Shown here piece by piece: positions 50,945 through 62,849 of a DNA stretch of 64,000 nt; within the stretch, counting starts at the first letter, position 1, and each line of letters begins with the position of its first letter. A program made the position numbers and the translations under genes. Source of the stretch: Vermamoeba vermiformis. Taxonomy: Eukaryota. The notes beneath the pieces are model-generated. The model did not search any database. It was given only the letters and a program-made list of their open reading frames with translations, and was not told the origin of the DNA. Where the stretch lies: assembly GCA_045837725.1 (NCBI GenBank), contig JBEWZL010000119.1:1-64000 (forward strand). The letters run 5' to 3'.

Positions 50945-51580
50945 CTAATACTGCGTGATGTCGTCGAATCCAGTCTCCATGTTCATGCCGCGGTCCAACA
51001 TGATCTTGCGCTTCATCTTGGCCTGCTCCTCTTTGACGCGCTTCTCCTCATTGGCCAGCTGTTCAATCTCCGCCACACTCACTTGCGTCATCTTGTTGAA
51101 CGCGGCGTGCTCTTTGTCGTCGTCCTGTCAGCGCGGTGAGTGGCAGCTACACGCAGCAGTACTCGCAGCACTTACGATCTCGCCGAGCAGCACGACATTC
51201 TCGCCGCGAATGATGAATAGGCCCAGTCGCTTCTCACCCCACTTGTCACCCACGATAATGCGCTCGAAGGTGTTCTCCAGCACCACATTCGCTGTGGTTG
51301 CGTGTTAGTAGGCAGGGATGGCGTGAGATAAATACAGAGAATATTATTTGAATTTTTTAGAATATTGTTAAAAATTATTACCGAATTGGTCAAATGATCT
51401 GAGGACGCCAACGATTTTTCTGCCATCTCGCAGTACTACTAATAGCCTCTCTATTTGATAGACATATTATATAAATATTTATCGCAATGGAGTGCATTTT
51501 AATATCTTACTATCGACCTCTTCTATCAAGCTTGTTGTAGCAGTGTGTAAAAATGATGTTCCTAATAGCCCTTCTGTCAT
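50945..51580 (-). CDS. LSM1: Sm-like protein LSm1
   Basis: Spliced [59 protein letters not shown]. Confidence 0.9.
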
Positions 51581-51693
51581 ATTTATATGATTATTATTAT
51601 TCTTGGTTATTGTTGTCAATAACGCGCAATAGATCTTATCAAAATCAACTTTAGTTCGCTTATTTACAAATATTTCAAACAAACAATGTATTA

Positions 51694-53662
51694 CTATTTT
51701 GAAGACTTTTTGGTCTTCTTACTTGCGACCTTCTTTTTCGCTTTCTTCGGCTGAGAGCTCTTCTCTTCGAGCTGTGGATCTGGTAACGCGCGTTCAGTAG
51801 CAGTGAAGCCCAGCAGTTCCTGTTCGTGGACTTCTCGCGACAGTTGTTCAGAATGTGGCATGAGATTCTTTGCACTGAACTCGAGCTCCGATTCTGCGCC
51901 GTGTACCACCTCCTTCAAATGTTCGGCCAGATCTTCTAACTCCAGACCTCCTTCTTTCGCTGATAGAGCCCATAATGTGAGATGTGCAAGGTCTGAGCGC
52001 TCCTTTAGCTTCGCTCTGAATGCGCGCAGATGTTTCGATGCCTCAGGCAGATCCATCTTGTTCGCAATCACGAGCTTGATCTGCTTGCTGAGCCCTGGTC
52101 GATAGTGCTCCAGCTCGCTGCACAACACGACAAAGTCTTGCCACGGCGAACGAGACTCGCTGCCTGCCATATCGAGCACAACAGCGAGGGTCTTGGCGCG
52201 TGTCACGTGTCGCAAGAATTCCATGCCGAGCCCGCGATTGAGGTGCGCAGCTTCAATCAGCCCTGGTAGATCTGCCACGCGCACTTGACTGCCTGTAGGA
52301 TCGCGGTACATCACCGTGCCGAGCTGCGGGGCCAGGGTCGTGAAGGGATACGGCGCTATTTTTGGCGTGGCACGTGTCAATCGTTGCAGTAGTGTCGATT
52401 TGCCCGCATTAGGAAAGCCAATTAATCCGACATCGGCGATCAGATTCAACTCCACGACAAAGCTGCAACGATGAACTGCTGTCAGTAACGAACGATAACA
52501 ATCTGTGTTTGACACGTGTCAATGCGCGTACCTCTTCGTCTCGCCCAACTGACCACGTGTCATGGTCTCCGGTGAGCGGTTAGTGCTCGAGGCAAAGTGT
52601 GCATTGCCCAGTCCTCCGCGACCTCCGCGACACGCGAGATAAAAATCACCTTCCTTTTCGAGCAATGTGCCCTGGCCGAGTCGAATCACGTGCTTGTCTT
52701 CCGTTGTCAACTTGCGCGTGACAGTCTTGTTGCCACGTGACTCCACTGCGCGCTCCTCTTGTGCCACCAAGTCACTGACACGTGTCAATTTGCCATCAGC
52801 CCAAATATAGTCATGCCCTGGTGGATATTGCTTCAGCAGCGACAAGTCATTCAAGTCACGTGCCCAGTCCTCCAGTGGTGCCGGTCTCAGCACGAGCTCG
52901 TCCTCCGACTCCTCCGCATTGTTCCGCTTGACATATTCGGTAATCAGCGTGCCCGGAGGTACTCCGATGCGCAGATCTGCACCGTTCTTGCCGCGTCTGT
53001 TGCTCGCTGCACCGTTCTCACCGCGCGCTGCTGTCAATTGCTGCGCTGTCAACAGTCCACCGAGGTCAGTGAGCTGACTCTGCACTATAAATAGCACATT
53101 GCCACCACGTCCCCCGTCCCCGCCATTCGGTGCTCCCACGCGCTTGTGGCGCTGGCGGTCAAATGACACGCAGCCGTGGCCTCCACTGCCTGCACGGACT
53201 CGTTAGTCATACTACTAGACACTATATCGCATCACTATGCACTATACTATGCCCTATACTACACACGTACCAGACACCAGAGTGATGCGCACTTTGTCCA
53301 CGATCTTCTTCTTGCTGGATGCAGCGCCCTGTGCATTGTCTTGCGTGCCTACTGATGTGCGCTCGAGATGCTGTTTCTGGAGACATATATAGTCGTGTTA
53401 ATACTGCATCAGTCACCGCTGTGAGTTCACTGCTGGATCTGCTGGTCGATCAACTTACCACTCGATCAAAGCCCAATTTATTCAACGTAGCTTCTATTTG
53501 ATCGTACATGGCCTCGCGCTCTGGCTCCAGTGGCGGTGCTGCCTCGTCGTGGGGCTTGTGGCTGTACGATGCGCGCTGCACGAACAACGTGCTCACCGCG
53601 GATCTGCTTCGCGTAACAGAGCGCGTTAAGCGTGCACTATGATTGATGAGTGCCCGCAGCAT
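51694..53662 (-). CDS. Mitochondrial Obg-family GTPase (MTG2/GTPBP5-like)
   Basis: Transit-peptide-like N-terminus, GGDGGRGG Obg fold, ADVGLIGFPNAGKST, YPFTT, DLPG, NKMD. Confidence 0.9.
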
Positions 53663-53827
53663 TAATATTACAGAGGTATATTACAACACTGGATCTGTGT
53701 TGCTTGCGCGGAATAAAAGGGTAGAAATGTTTTTTTCACAGCTGTGAAATTTAACTTGTAAATTGTTGTCGTCAACCACAATACTTATTAATTAGATATT
53801 AATATCAGCCCTATTAATAAGTGCAAT

Positions 53828-54442
53828 ATGGCGAGCTGGACTGTTGAAGAGAAACAAATTCCCGAACAACATCTGTTGAGTATTCGTCTCACCACCAAAG
53901 AGGACCAAGTACGTATTCATACGACCAGCTGTTTAAAGGATATGAAGCTAGTATAGCAATTTAACGCTTATTATTCAGCTTTCAGAATTATTTTTGAAAT
54001 TTAATTTTTGTACGCAGCGTTTAAATTCAAATACTAACACACCGTGAAGGTTGGATCAATTACCTCTGCTTCATTTATCAAAATGATGGTCTATTTGGAA
54101 GAGAAACAAGCCAAGACGCTGTTATCAGGCCGACCGTTCAGCCGCATCCACTCCACCACCGACGAGACCGTGGATTTGGAGCTCTGCATGCCTTTGTCTG
54201 CTGCTAGCGTGCCAGCTCGCGGAGAAATCAAAGTTGAACACGAGGCAGCACACACAGCAGCTACAGTGTTGGTGCAGGGCTCGTACAATCAACTGGACGA
54301 CGCCACCGCGTTCTTGATCCAATGGGCGAAAGAACACAGCAAACAGAGCGCTGGACCTGTGAAGACAGTGTATTTGGTCGGACCTGCTGAGTCTAAGAAC
54401 ATTGCGGACTTCAGGACCGAGCTGCAATTGCCCCTAAAATAA
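53828..54442 (+). CDS. GyrI-like small-molecule-binding domain protein
   Basis: MASWTVEEKQIPEQHLLSIR + intron 53909-54049 + GRPF..DLELCMP..GSYNQL..W..VYLVGP..FRTELQLPL. Confidence 0.75.
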
Positions 54443-55120
54443 TGAGGGCGTGCCAGTCAATGAAGCTAATAAACTTGTAATTATTAGAATGTTTGCTGCG
54501 AACCAGGCAAGAGTGTCTGGACGTGATTTTCTGTTATCAGACATTTGGACTCGCAAAGACTGACTCTGATACTTTGTAAATTTGCAGAACTGTGTCAATG
54601 GATAACCTCTCCATGGTACTTGCAAGCACTTTTATTCTGTATACAGAATTGCATGTATACAACTAAGGTAACTGATCCAAGTAGTCTCCACGACCTTCCA
54701 AACTTAAGTTCAATCAAAAGTGGACTACTGCTGCCCATAACCTGTAGACACTGTTTCAGTTTTCGTATTGGTATAGTGACAAATTGAATTGTTTGAGTAA
54801 CTGTTACAGTCCCTGAGTAACAAAAGGATCAAAGCATCAGTCAGTATCACGACAATATCATTTTGCAGGATGGCCTCTGTTCAATATGCTGTATCATAGC
54901 CATGCTACCAAGATGCATTGAAACCAATGCAATTGTTGTGTACAGAACTTGAAGGCAGCGTCCAGTTAGGCATCTGGGGCTAGCTGGAAGGTGGAAATGT
55001 TGCAAATGAAGGTAACAAAGTTTTGAGATGCCATTTCCAACTCATTACTGTATGGCGCTGTGGGCACAAATTGGATCTGGATCTGCCTTAGCAACAGGTC
55101 AGCTGGCTGACGATCCAAGT

Positions 55121-56196
55121 GATTTTAACACAATTGCCATGTTATTATTAAGCTATTTCTTATATAAAAAGGATTTGCCACCAGCTGGACAAGTTACAAA
55201 AATTTTCATACTATATGGCGGACGTCCCGTCCGCCAAAAATTTTTCGTCCGTCCGTGGACATTGCGTCCGTCCGAGGTCGCTGCGTCCGCTGATGTTAGT
55301 AATTGACCAACTTATACCAAACTTTGCCATTAGCATTAGTGGACCCAAGAAGCACTACTATTGGCATCAGGAGGCTTTGGGCTAAACGCCAGAGGCTGAA
55401 AATGGCAATGTTCTGCAAAGAACTTAAGTACTAGAACTTTGTTCTATTGGCTGCAATACCATTGAAACTTTGGAAACTCCTAGACCTATCACTATCTAAC
55501 AAGAAAATATAAGTAATCATCAAAGATATTGTAGTGGCAGCAAATTGTAAATTTTCAGCATTAAGTATGAACCCACCCACCAGCACATGTTTGGTACAGG
55601 ACAACTATACGTATTTTATGCAATCCTGAACTTTGGCTACAATACATAGTCACCTAGCTATGAATTTTTTTTTGAATCATCTATCCTTTTTTATGTTGTA
55701 ACTTTGTCCAGTATGGTGGCAGACCTTGTTATAATGAAGGGATATGCTTAATCATATCCATGGCATATAGAAATCTTGTTAAAATCTTCATACTATATGA
55801 TGTATGGTCGGCGGACGCGCGGTCCGTGGCGGACGTCCAATTTTTGCCGGACGGGACGTCTACGCAGTTTGTATCTTTTTTCTTTTTTTTTTTTTTTTTT
55901 TTTTTCTATGTGGTCGGCAGACACACGGTCCGTGGTGGACCGGACATGCAAACTCAATATGTTGTGTTCAGTACGTTGCCATCTCACAATCACTACAATC
56001 TTGATGATTCCAACCTCCACTTTGGGTGTGCTAGTACTAGCTGTGCCAACGTGGTATTGCAGCAATAAGAACAAAGGGGTGGAAGTTCTTTGCAGAACAA
56101 TCCCAATTTCAGCCTCCAGCACCTAGCCCAAAGCCTCCTGAGCAATGGTACTCTTCTTGAGCCCAGTAGTGCCAATTGCAAAGTTCAGTATAGGGG
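55121..56196. repeat. Composite degenerate repeat cluster with three inverted module pairs, a 13-bp direct repeat and a poly-T tract (probable non-autonomous TE relics)
   Basis: 55121-55202 ~ revcomp 55696-55786; 55217-55275 ~ revcomp 55808-55860; 55311-55540 ~ revcomp 55988-56196; TTCATACTATATG at 55205 and 55787. Confidence 0.8.
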
Positions 56197-56335
56197 TGGC
56201 CAGTCCAGCTCAGCTCGGCTATCTGGGACGTTTCGGCTAGCCAGAGGCAGGTAGTGGAAACTTGGGTTGGTAACTACGCAGATGTCCCAGGTTCATCCCA
56301 GCTGGCATACCTGATTTTTATTATTTGTATGGCTC

Positions 56336-56403
56336 GGTACCTGCTCAAGGTGGACTGAAACCGTCAACACACGAGGTCATGGGTTTAAATCCTGTGGGTA
56401 GCA
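56336..56403 (+). pseudogene. Degenerate tRNA-like sequence (Val-AAC-like pseudogene or SINE head)
   Basis: GGTACCT/GGGTAGC acceptor-like stem, CCGTC-AAC-ACACGA anticodon arm, GGTC variable loop, ATGGG-TTTAAAT-CCTGT T-arm with decayed TTCGAAT. Confidence 0.4.
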
Positions 56404-57151
56404 TTTATTAGTATCCCCATAGTTGCATGATCTTTGTTGCTTTTTCAGCTAGTAGGTTCATAATTGAAGGAACCAATGGTTACTTAGTGCATTGGAGGGC
56501 GCATTATGGTACCCAACACAAAAATAAGTTCTTTGCAAACCCTCCATATCTTATCCAGAGTTTTTACCTGTCCAGGACAGGCAACTTGTCCGGGCCGGAT
56601 ACGTTAGATGGGCTGGACATCTCACCCTGGCTGGCTATGTCATCCACGCTGGATTGGCCATCCTCCGAAAGCGGCCAATTAATAACATCAGTGATGGCTG
56701 CCGCCAGACGGCAATTTTGACAGACAAGTCCGCCAGAGAGAAAAGGGATCAGTTACTGCACCAGTAGCAATTCTTACTACTAGGTGAATTAGCTGCATAA
56801 CAGGAGTCACATGGTTATTTGAAACGCTGGCCCTACCAACCTCCAAGCAGAGCAGTTTTGAATATGGCGTGTTCCGACAAAGGACAGGGCAGCTTGGAAA
56901 GTTTGCACAAAAAATGTGGTAGAAGTTCATTGACATTTGGCTTCAACAATGTCACTCCCTCGGATTAAGGCTGACACCATCATTATTTTGAGCCTTAATC
57001 CTGGAACCCTTAGCTAGAAGAGAGCCAAGCTCCCTATCTTGCTAAAGCAGCAACACTTCTTAAATGAGGGGAGTCTTTACTCATCTGCGAAGGTAAGGAC
57101 AGGTTTTGTAACGCGCCACTTGGGTGATAAATACATGATTGACAAGTTTAT

Positions 57152-58681
57152 TTACTGAATCTCCTCCAACATCTTGCTCAAGTTGTCAATCTTCTCGATG
57201 GGCAGTGGTTTGATTTCTTTTTGGAAGTGTTGTTGAATGGCTAACATCACCTTGCGCGAGCTGTCGTCGTGAATCAAGTTGATGGCAATGCCGTGTCGTC
57301 CGAATCGACCAGATCTGCCAATGCGGTGCAAGTAGGTTTCAGGATCTGGTTGATTGTCGCCCGTGAGTGGCAAGTCGAAGTTGATGACGAGCGACACTTG
57401 CAATATATCAATGCCACGTGCCAGCACGTTGGTGGTGATGAGCACACGTGTCTTGTTGGCGCGGAAGTCGTCAATCACCTTGTCGCGCTCTTCAGGGGCC
57501 ATGTCAAAGCCGTGCAGCAGCGAGACTTGATGACCCTCCGCTTGCATCTTCTTGCTCAGCTCTTGCGCGGTCTTGCGCGTCTGCACGAAGATGATGCTGG
57601 CACCGACCGTGATGAAGCCGTAGATCTCAGAGAGGATCTTGAACTTGTTGTCCTCGGTCTTGCAGTCAATGTAGTACTGTTGTATCTTCTCCAGCGACAG
57701 CTCTTCAGGCTTGAGACGAATCACCACTTTGGGATTGGGCACCACTTTGGCCGCGAATTGCGTCACTTTCTCTTTGTAGGTGGCAGAGAAGAGTGCGATC
57801 TGACAGCTCTTGGGCAGTGACTTTTGAATGCGCGTCGATTGATCCGCCAGACCTTGAATGTCCAGCATCACATCGGCCTCGTCCAGCACGTAGATCTTGA
57901 TCGCTTGCGTCTCGATCGCGCGTCGTCGAATCAAATCGATAATACGACCAGGAGTGCCGATAATAATCTGCGCATCGGTCTTCTTGGGCACTGGCGAGTC
58001 CTTCACGACGAGCAGCACTTCAAACGTCGTGAATTTGGCCAGCTTCTTCACCTCTTCGTAGATCTGACGCGCCAATTCACGCGTCGGGGCGCAGCAGAGT
58101 GCTTGTGTCTTCTTGACTGCTGGATCTGCGCGCGAGAGCATGGAGAGCGAGAAGGCACAGGTCTTGCCAGTACCACTCTGCGCCTGACCGATGAAGTGCT
58201 TCATTGGATCTGCTAAAATATTGGGAATCGAGTGCTCTTGAATGCGACTCGGCTTGTTGTATTTAAGTGCATATATAGCTTTCAGTAGTTCTGGACGCAA
58301 GTTCATCTCTTCGAATGATTTCGTACTGTACAGCGGTGAGTTCGGATCTGATTGTTCGATCATCAATTCTTGTTTTTCTTGGCCTGGACGAAGACCTAAA
58401 TTCTTCAACGCGAGAGGTCCTACATAACATCCAATATTAAGAACATTGCAGCCACAATTAATCGACGTAGAAAATTGTAAATTAATTAACAAAATATTTA
58501 AAATTCACGTTGAATTGCATAGTTGTCATTTGAAATAGTGAACACTAGCATCGATCGCATTAAATGTAATATTAGCTGCGCTTAACACACCTTCTTCTTC
58601 GAGCGTGGCCTTTGAGTCCACTTCACTAGCGAGTTTGTCAGCCTCGTCAGCTGCATCCGCCCAATTTGTTTTTTCTGACAT
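57152..58681 (-). CDS. DBP5: DEAD-box RNA helicase DBP5/DDX19 (mRNA export)
   Basis: DPNSPLYS.KSFEE, AQSGTGKT, DEADVM, FSAT, VINFDLP..PDPETYLHRIGRSGRFGR. Confidence 0.92.
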
Positions 58682-58853
58682 TGTTGTATGTGGTTGTCTT
58701 GTTGTTATGATCGTCGATGCTGCCAAGACCTGTCCCTCCTCCCAGTTGAATACTTTTCTGGCGACGAGTCATATCGCCAGTCAGCAGGTGAGACTGAAAA
58801 GTATGTTCTTTTTTTTTTTGGCTCGATCGCGGTGTAGTTGACTGGCCAGCACC

Positions 58854-61800
58854 ATGAACAAGAGGACACGTGCGCAGAAAGAGAAGAATAAATACGCCGA
58901 GCTCCATCGGTTGATTAGACCACATGTGGACTCGTTCAATTACTTTTTGGATGAGGGCCTTCAGCAAGCCGTTGCAGATCTCGATCCAGTTGAAGTGACG
59001 AGTAGTGATGGAAAATCATTAACATGTATCCTTTTTTATAGATATTATTTATAGCCCATTCACCTGTCATTAATAATTTGCTTTTTTATTTTTCTTTGAC
59101 CGATCAAATCCAGTTTGGATCGAGGAGTGCACTATTGGTGTTCCGTCTAAAAAAACATTGGATGATAAATTATTTCCTAATGAGGTATGTACGAAAATAA
59201 ATTACTATTTTCGATTTCATGCGAGTTGGATCTGGATCTTCAATTTAGATCGGATCGTTCTCAGTAATTTCCGCGCAAATTAGCCCTATTGTCCGCCATT
59301 ATTACTCACCACTCTCGCAGTGTCGCCAAGCCTATCTGACCTATGGTGGCAGCATGCACGTCAAGATCTGTCGCCAGTACGGCGGTGGTCAGAGCAGCAG
59401 CACGCTGCAGAAGTACATTGGTCGCATGCCCATCATGGTGCGGTCCAAGCGCTGTTCACTCGGTGCACTCGGCGCCACTGGGGGCACGGCGACCATGCAG
59501 CGCCACGGCGAGGACCCCGCAGAGATGGGCGGCTACTTCATCATCAACGGCAACGAGAAGGTGATTCGCATTCTCGCAGCGCAGCGCCGCAACTATCCCC
59601 TCGCCCTCAAGCGCGATCACTATCAGAACAGCGGCAAGGGCTTCACGCCCTACGCACTCTCCATCCGCTGCTGCAGACCCGATCAGAGCTCCGTCTCGCT
59701 CTCCCTGCACGCACTCAACAACGGCGACTGTTCGATTCGATTCAGCATGCGCAAGCAACAGTACTTCTTGCCCGTCGTGGCGGTGATGCGCGCACTGATC
59801 GACACCACTGATCGCGAGATTTACGAGCGGATCGTGCAGCAAGATGTGGACAACACATTCATCACGGACAGAGTGGAGAGCATGCTGCGCGAGTCACACA
59901 AAGAGGGCATATACAGTCGCGAGCAGTGCTTGGCATTCATTGGCAGTCGATTCCGCACTGCCCTCGACAACGTGCCCGAGCGCTGGACGGATGTGCAGAT
60001 CGGCGAGCACCTGTTGAAGAAATACGTGCTGGTGCATCTGACGAACAACCAGGACAAGTTCAATCTGCTCGTATTTATGATCCGCAAGCTCTACGCACTG
60101 GTGAGCGGTGATTGCGCCGAAGACAACCCGGATGCGCCCAACACGCAAGAACTGCTGCTGCCGGGACACTTGATGCTGATGACACTCAAAGAGAAGCTGC
60201 AGGAGTGGCTCGGCAACATCAAAGCAGTGATTGCCAAGGATCTGCGCCAGGGCAAGGCAGTGAATATACACGACGAGACGTACTTCAAGAACAGCTTGAA
60301 CAAGACCTTCGATGTCGGCAGCAAGCTCGAGTACTTCCTCAGCACGGGCAATCTCAAGTCACCCACGGGACTCGATCTCAAACAGGCCACTGGCTTCTCC
60401 ATCGTTGCGGACAGACTCAACTTCCTGCGCTTCTTGTCGCACTTCAGATCCATTCACCGCGGTCAGTTCTTCACTGAAATGCGCACCACACAGGTACGCA
60501 AGCTGTTGCCTGAGGCGTGGGGCTTTGTCTGTCCCGTGCACACCCCTGACGGCGGGCCCTGCGGTCTGTTGAATCACTTGGCACACACCTGCCACGTCAC
60601 CAACACTGTCTACGGCGCACAACTCGCCCTCGAGCGGCACGTGATCACTGCGGGACCACTGCTGCCCGCTGCACACCCGCATCACCCTGGTGGCACGCAC
60701 GTGCCGGTGCTGCTCGACGGAAAGTTCCTGGGCTCCGTGGCCCTGACACGTGCACGACACTTTGTGGAGACACTGCGCCGCTTCAAGCTGGAGAACTCCA
60801 CGCCCAACTACCACGAGGCTGTGGAGCGCATGATGCAGAAGCTCGCCGCCAACACTGTGAGCAGCAATCCCGTGCCGCCAGACATGGAGATCAGTTACGT
60901 GTCCCCCGACAGTCGCCAGTACGCGTGCATCTATCTCAGCACGGCCCCCACGCGCATGATGCGTCCAGTGCTGCAGCTGGAGAGTGGCAAGGTGGAGTGG
61001 ATCGGCACCCTCGAACAGCTCTACCTGCGCATAGCCCTGCACGACGAACAAGTGCTCGGCGGCTACAGTCACCAGGAGATCATGCCCACCAACATCTTGA
61101 GTGTCGTGGCCAATCTCACGCCCTTCTCGGACTTCAATCAGTCACCGCGCAACATGTACCAGTGTCAGATGGGCAAGCAGACCATGGGCACGCCTTGCTA
61201 CGCCTACACGCACCGCACCGACAACAAGCTGTACCGCATTCAAACACCGCAAGCACCGATTGTGCGCACCAGTGCCCAGGACCGCTACTGCTTCGACGAG
61301 TACGCGCACGGCACCAATGCAGTGGTGGCAGTCATCTCCTACACGGGCTACGACATGGAGGACGCGATGATCATCAACAAGGGCGCGTATGATCGTGGAT
61401 TCAAGCACGGCACCATCTACAAGAGTCAAGTGATCGATGTGACGCAAGAGGGCGACAAGAGCGAGGGCCTGCAGCAGTACTTCCACAACTGCATCGAGGG
61501 CACCGCAGCGCTGTTCGAGCCCAAGTTGGAGGAGGACGGACTGCCCGCCCCCGGCACCAAGCTGCAGAAAGGCGATCCCTTCTACTGCGTGTGGGACGAG
61601 GCCAGCAAGCGCCACATTGTCACGCGCTACAAGTCGAGTGAGCCGTGCATTGTGGATCAAGTGCTCGTGCTCGGCATGGGTGACACGCCGCACCTGCCCT
61701 CCGACGAGCTGTCACGTGTCAGCAAGGTCGTCATCAAGCTGCGCTATCGTCGCACACCCTGGCGCGGTGACAAGTTCTCCTCGCGCCACGGACAGAAAGG

Positions 61801-62708
61801 TGTCATGTCGCAGCTCTGGCCGCAGGAGTCGATGCCGTTCAGTGAAATGGGCGGAATAACTCCCGACGTGATCATCAATCCCAACGCCTTCCCCTCGCGC
61901 ATGACAATCGGTATGTTGGTCGAGTCCATGGCTGGCAAGAGCGGCGCACTGCACGGGCTGTGGCAGAATGCCGATCCGTTCAGCTACAACAACCGTCCTG
62001 CCGAAGAACAGCACAACGATCCGACGCGCAGCAAGTTCACGGCTGTGGACTATTTTGGACAACAACTGCTCAAAGCGGGCTACAACTATTATGGCAATGA
62101 GCCCATGTACAGCGGAATAACTGGCGTGGAGTTCGAAGCGGACATTTACATCGGCGTGGTGTACTATCAGCGCTTGCGACACATGGTCGGTGACAAGTAT
62201 CAAGTGCGTGCCACTGGTCCTAAAAATAGACTCACGCGACAGCCCATCAAGGGTCGTAAGAAGGGTGGTGGCATTCGTTTCGGAGGTAATTATTCCGCAC
62301 TCATTCTTTATTCTTGACACGTGACTCACGGTGCTATTACCAGAAATGGAAAGAGACAGTTTGCTGGCACACGGCGCGTCGTTCCTGTTGCAAGACAGAC
62401 TGTTCATGTCCTCCGACTTCCACATTGCGCACGTGTGTCGCACGTGTGGCTCAGTGCTCAGCACTTCCATCTTTCAGAGCGTGAACAACAGTCTGCACGT
62501 CTCGGAGTACTCCGAAGCACGCCGCGCAGAGAACAAACAAGTGCTCTGTCGCTACTGTCTCGACGGCAATGTTGAAGCTGCCAACACGCAAGGTGCCACT
62601 TCCAAAAAAGGCAAGAATGTCACGCGCATCTCCATGCCATTCGTGTTCCGCTACCTGATCTCGGAGCTGGCAGCGATGAACATTCGCATTTGCGTCGACG
62701 TCGAATAA
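58854..62708 (+). CDS. RPA2: RNA polymerase I second-largest subunit
   Basis: HVDSFNYF, GGYFIINGNEK, RSIHRG.FF.EMRTT.VRKLLPE.WGF.CPVHTPDG, GDKFSSRHGQKG, PSRMTIG, GGIRFG|EMERD. Confidence 0.95.
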
Positions 62709-62849
62709 GAATTCAATTCTCGGGGCTATAAATAGCACCAAACCTGCGAAATACTTGTAATAAATTCACTTTTAACCTCTTATATTTATCAACTCTATTG
62801 CACAAACAACTACACAAGTGACGTCTCTGGTGACTAAGTACAACATGAA

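Noticed and set aside
55205-55945. Possible CRISPR-like repeat/spacer array
   Set aside because: Repeats are irregular, mostly inverted and unevenly spaced; eukaryotic context with no cas genes
56962-57020. Hairpin GGATTAAGG(G)CT...AGCCTTAATCC followed by CTAG, Helitron-like 3' end
   Set aside because: Stem is AT-rich with a long loop, CTAG is not followed by T, and no 5' TC end could be assigned
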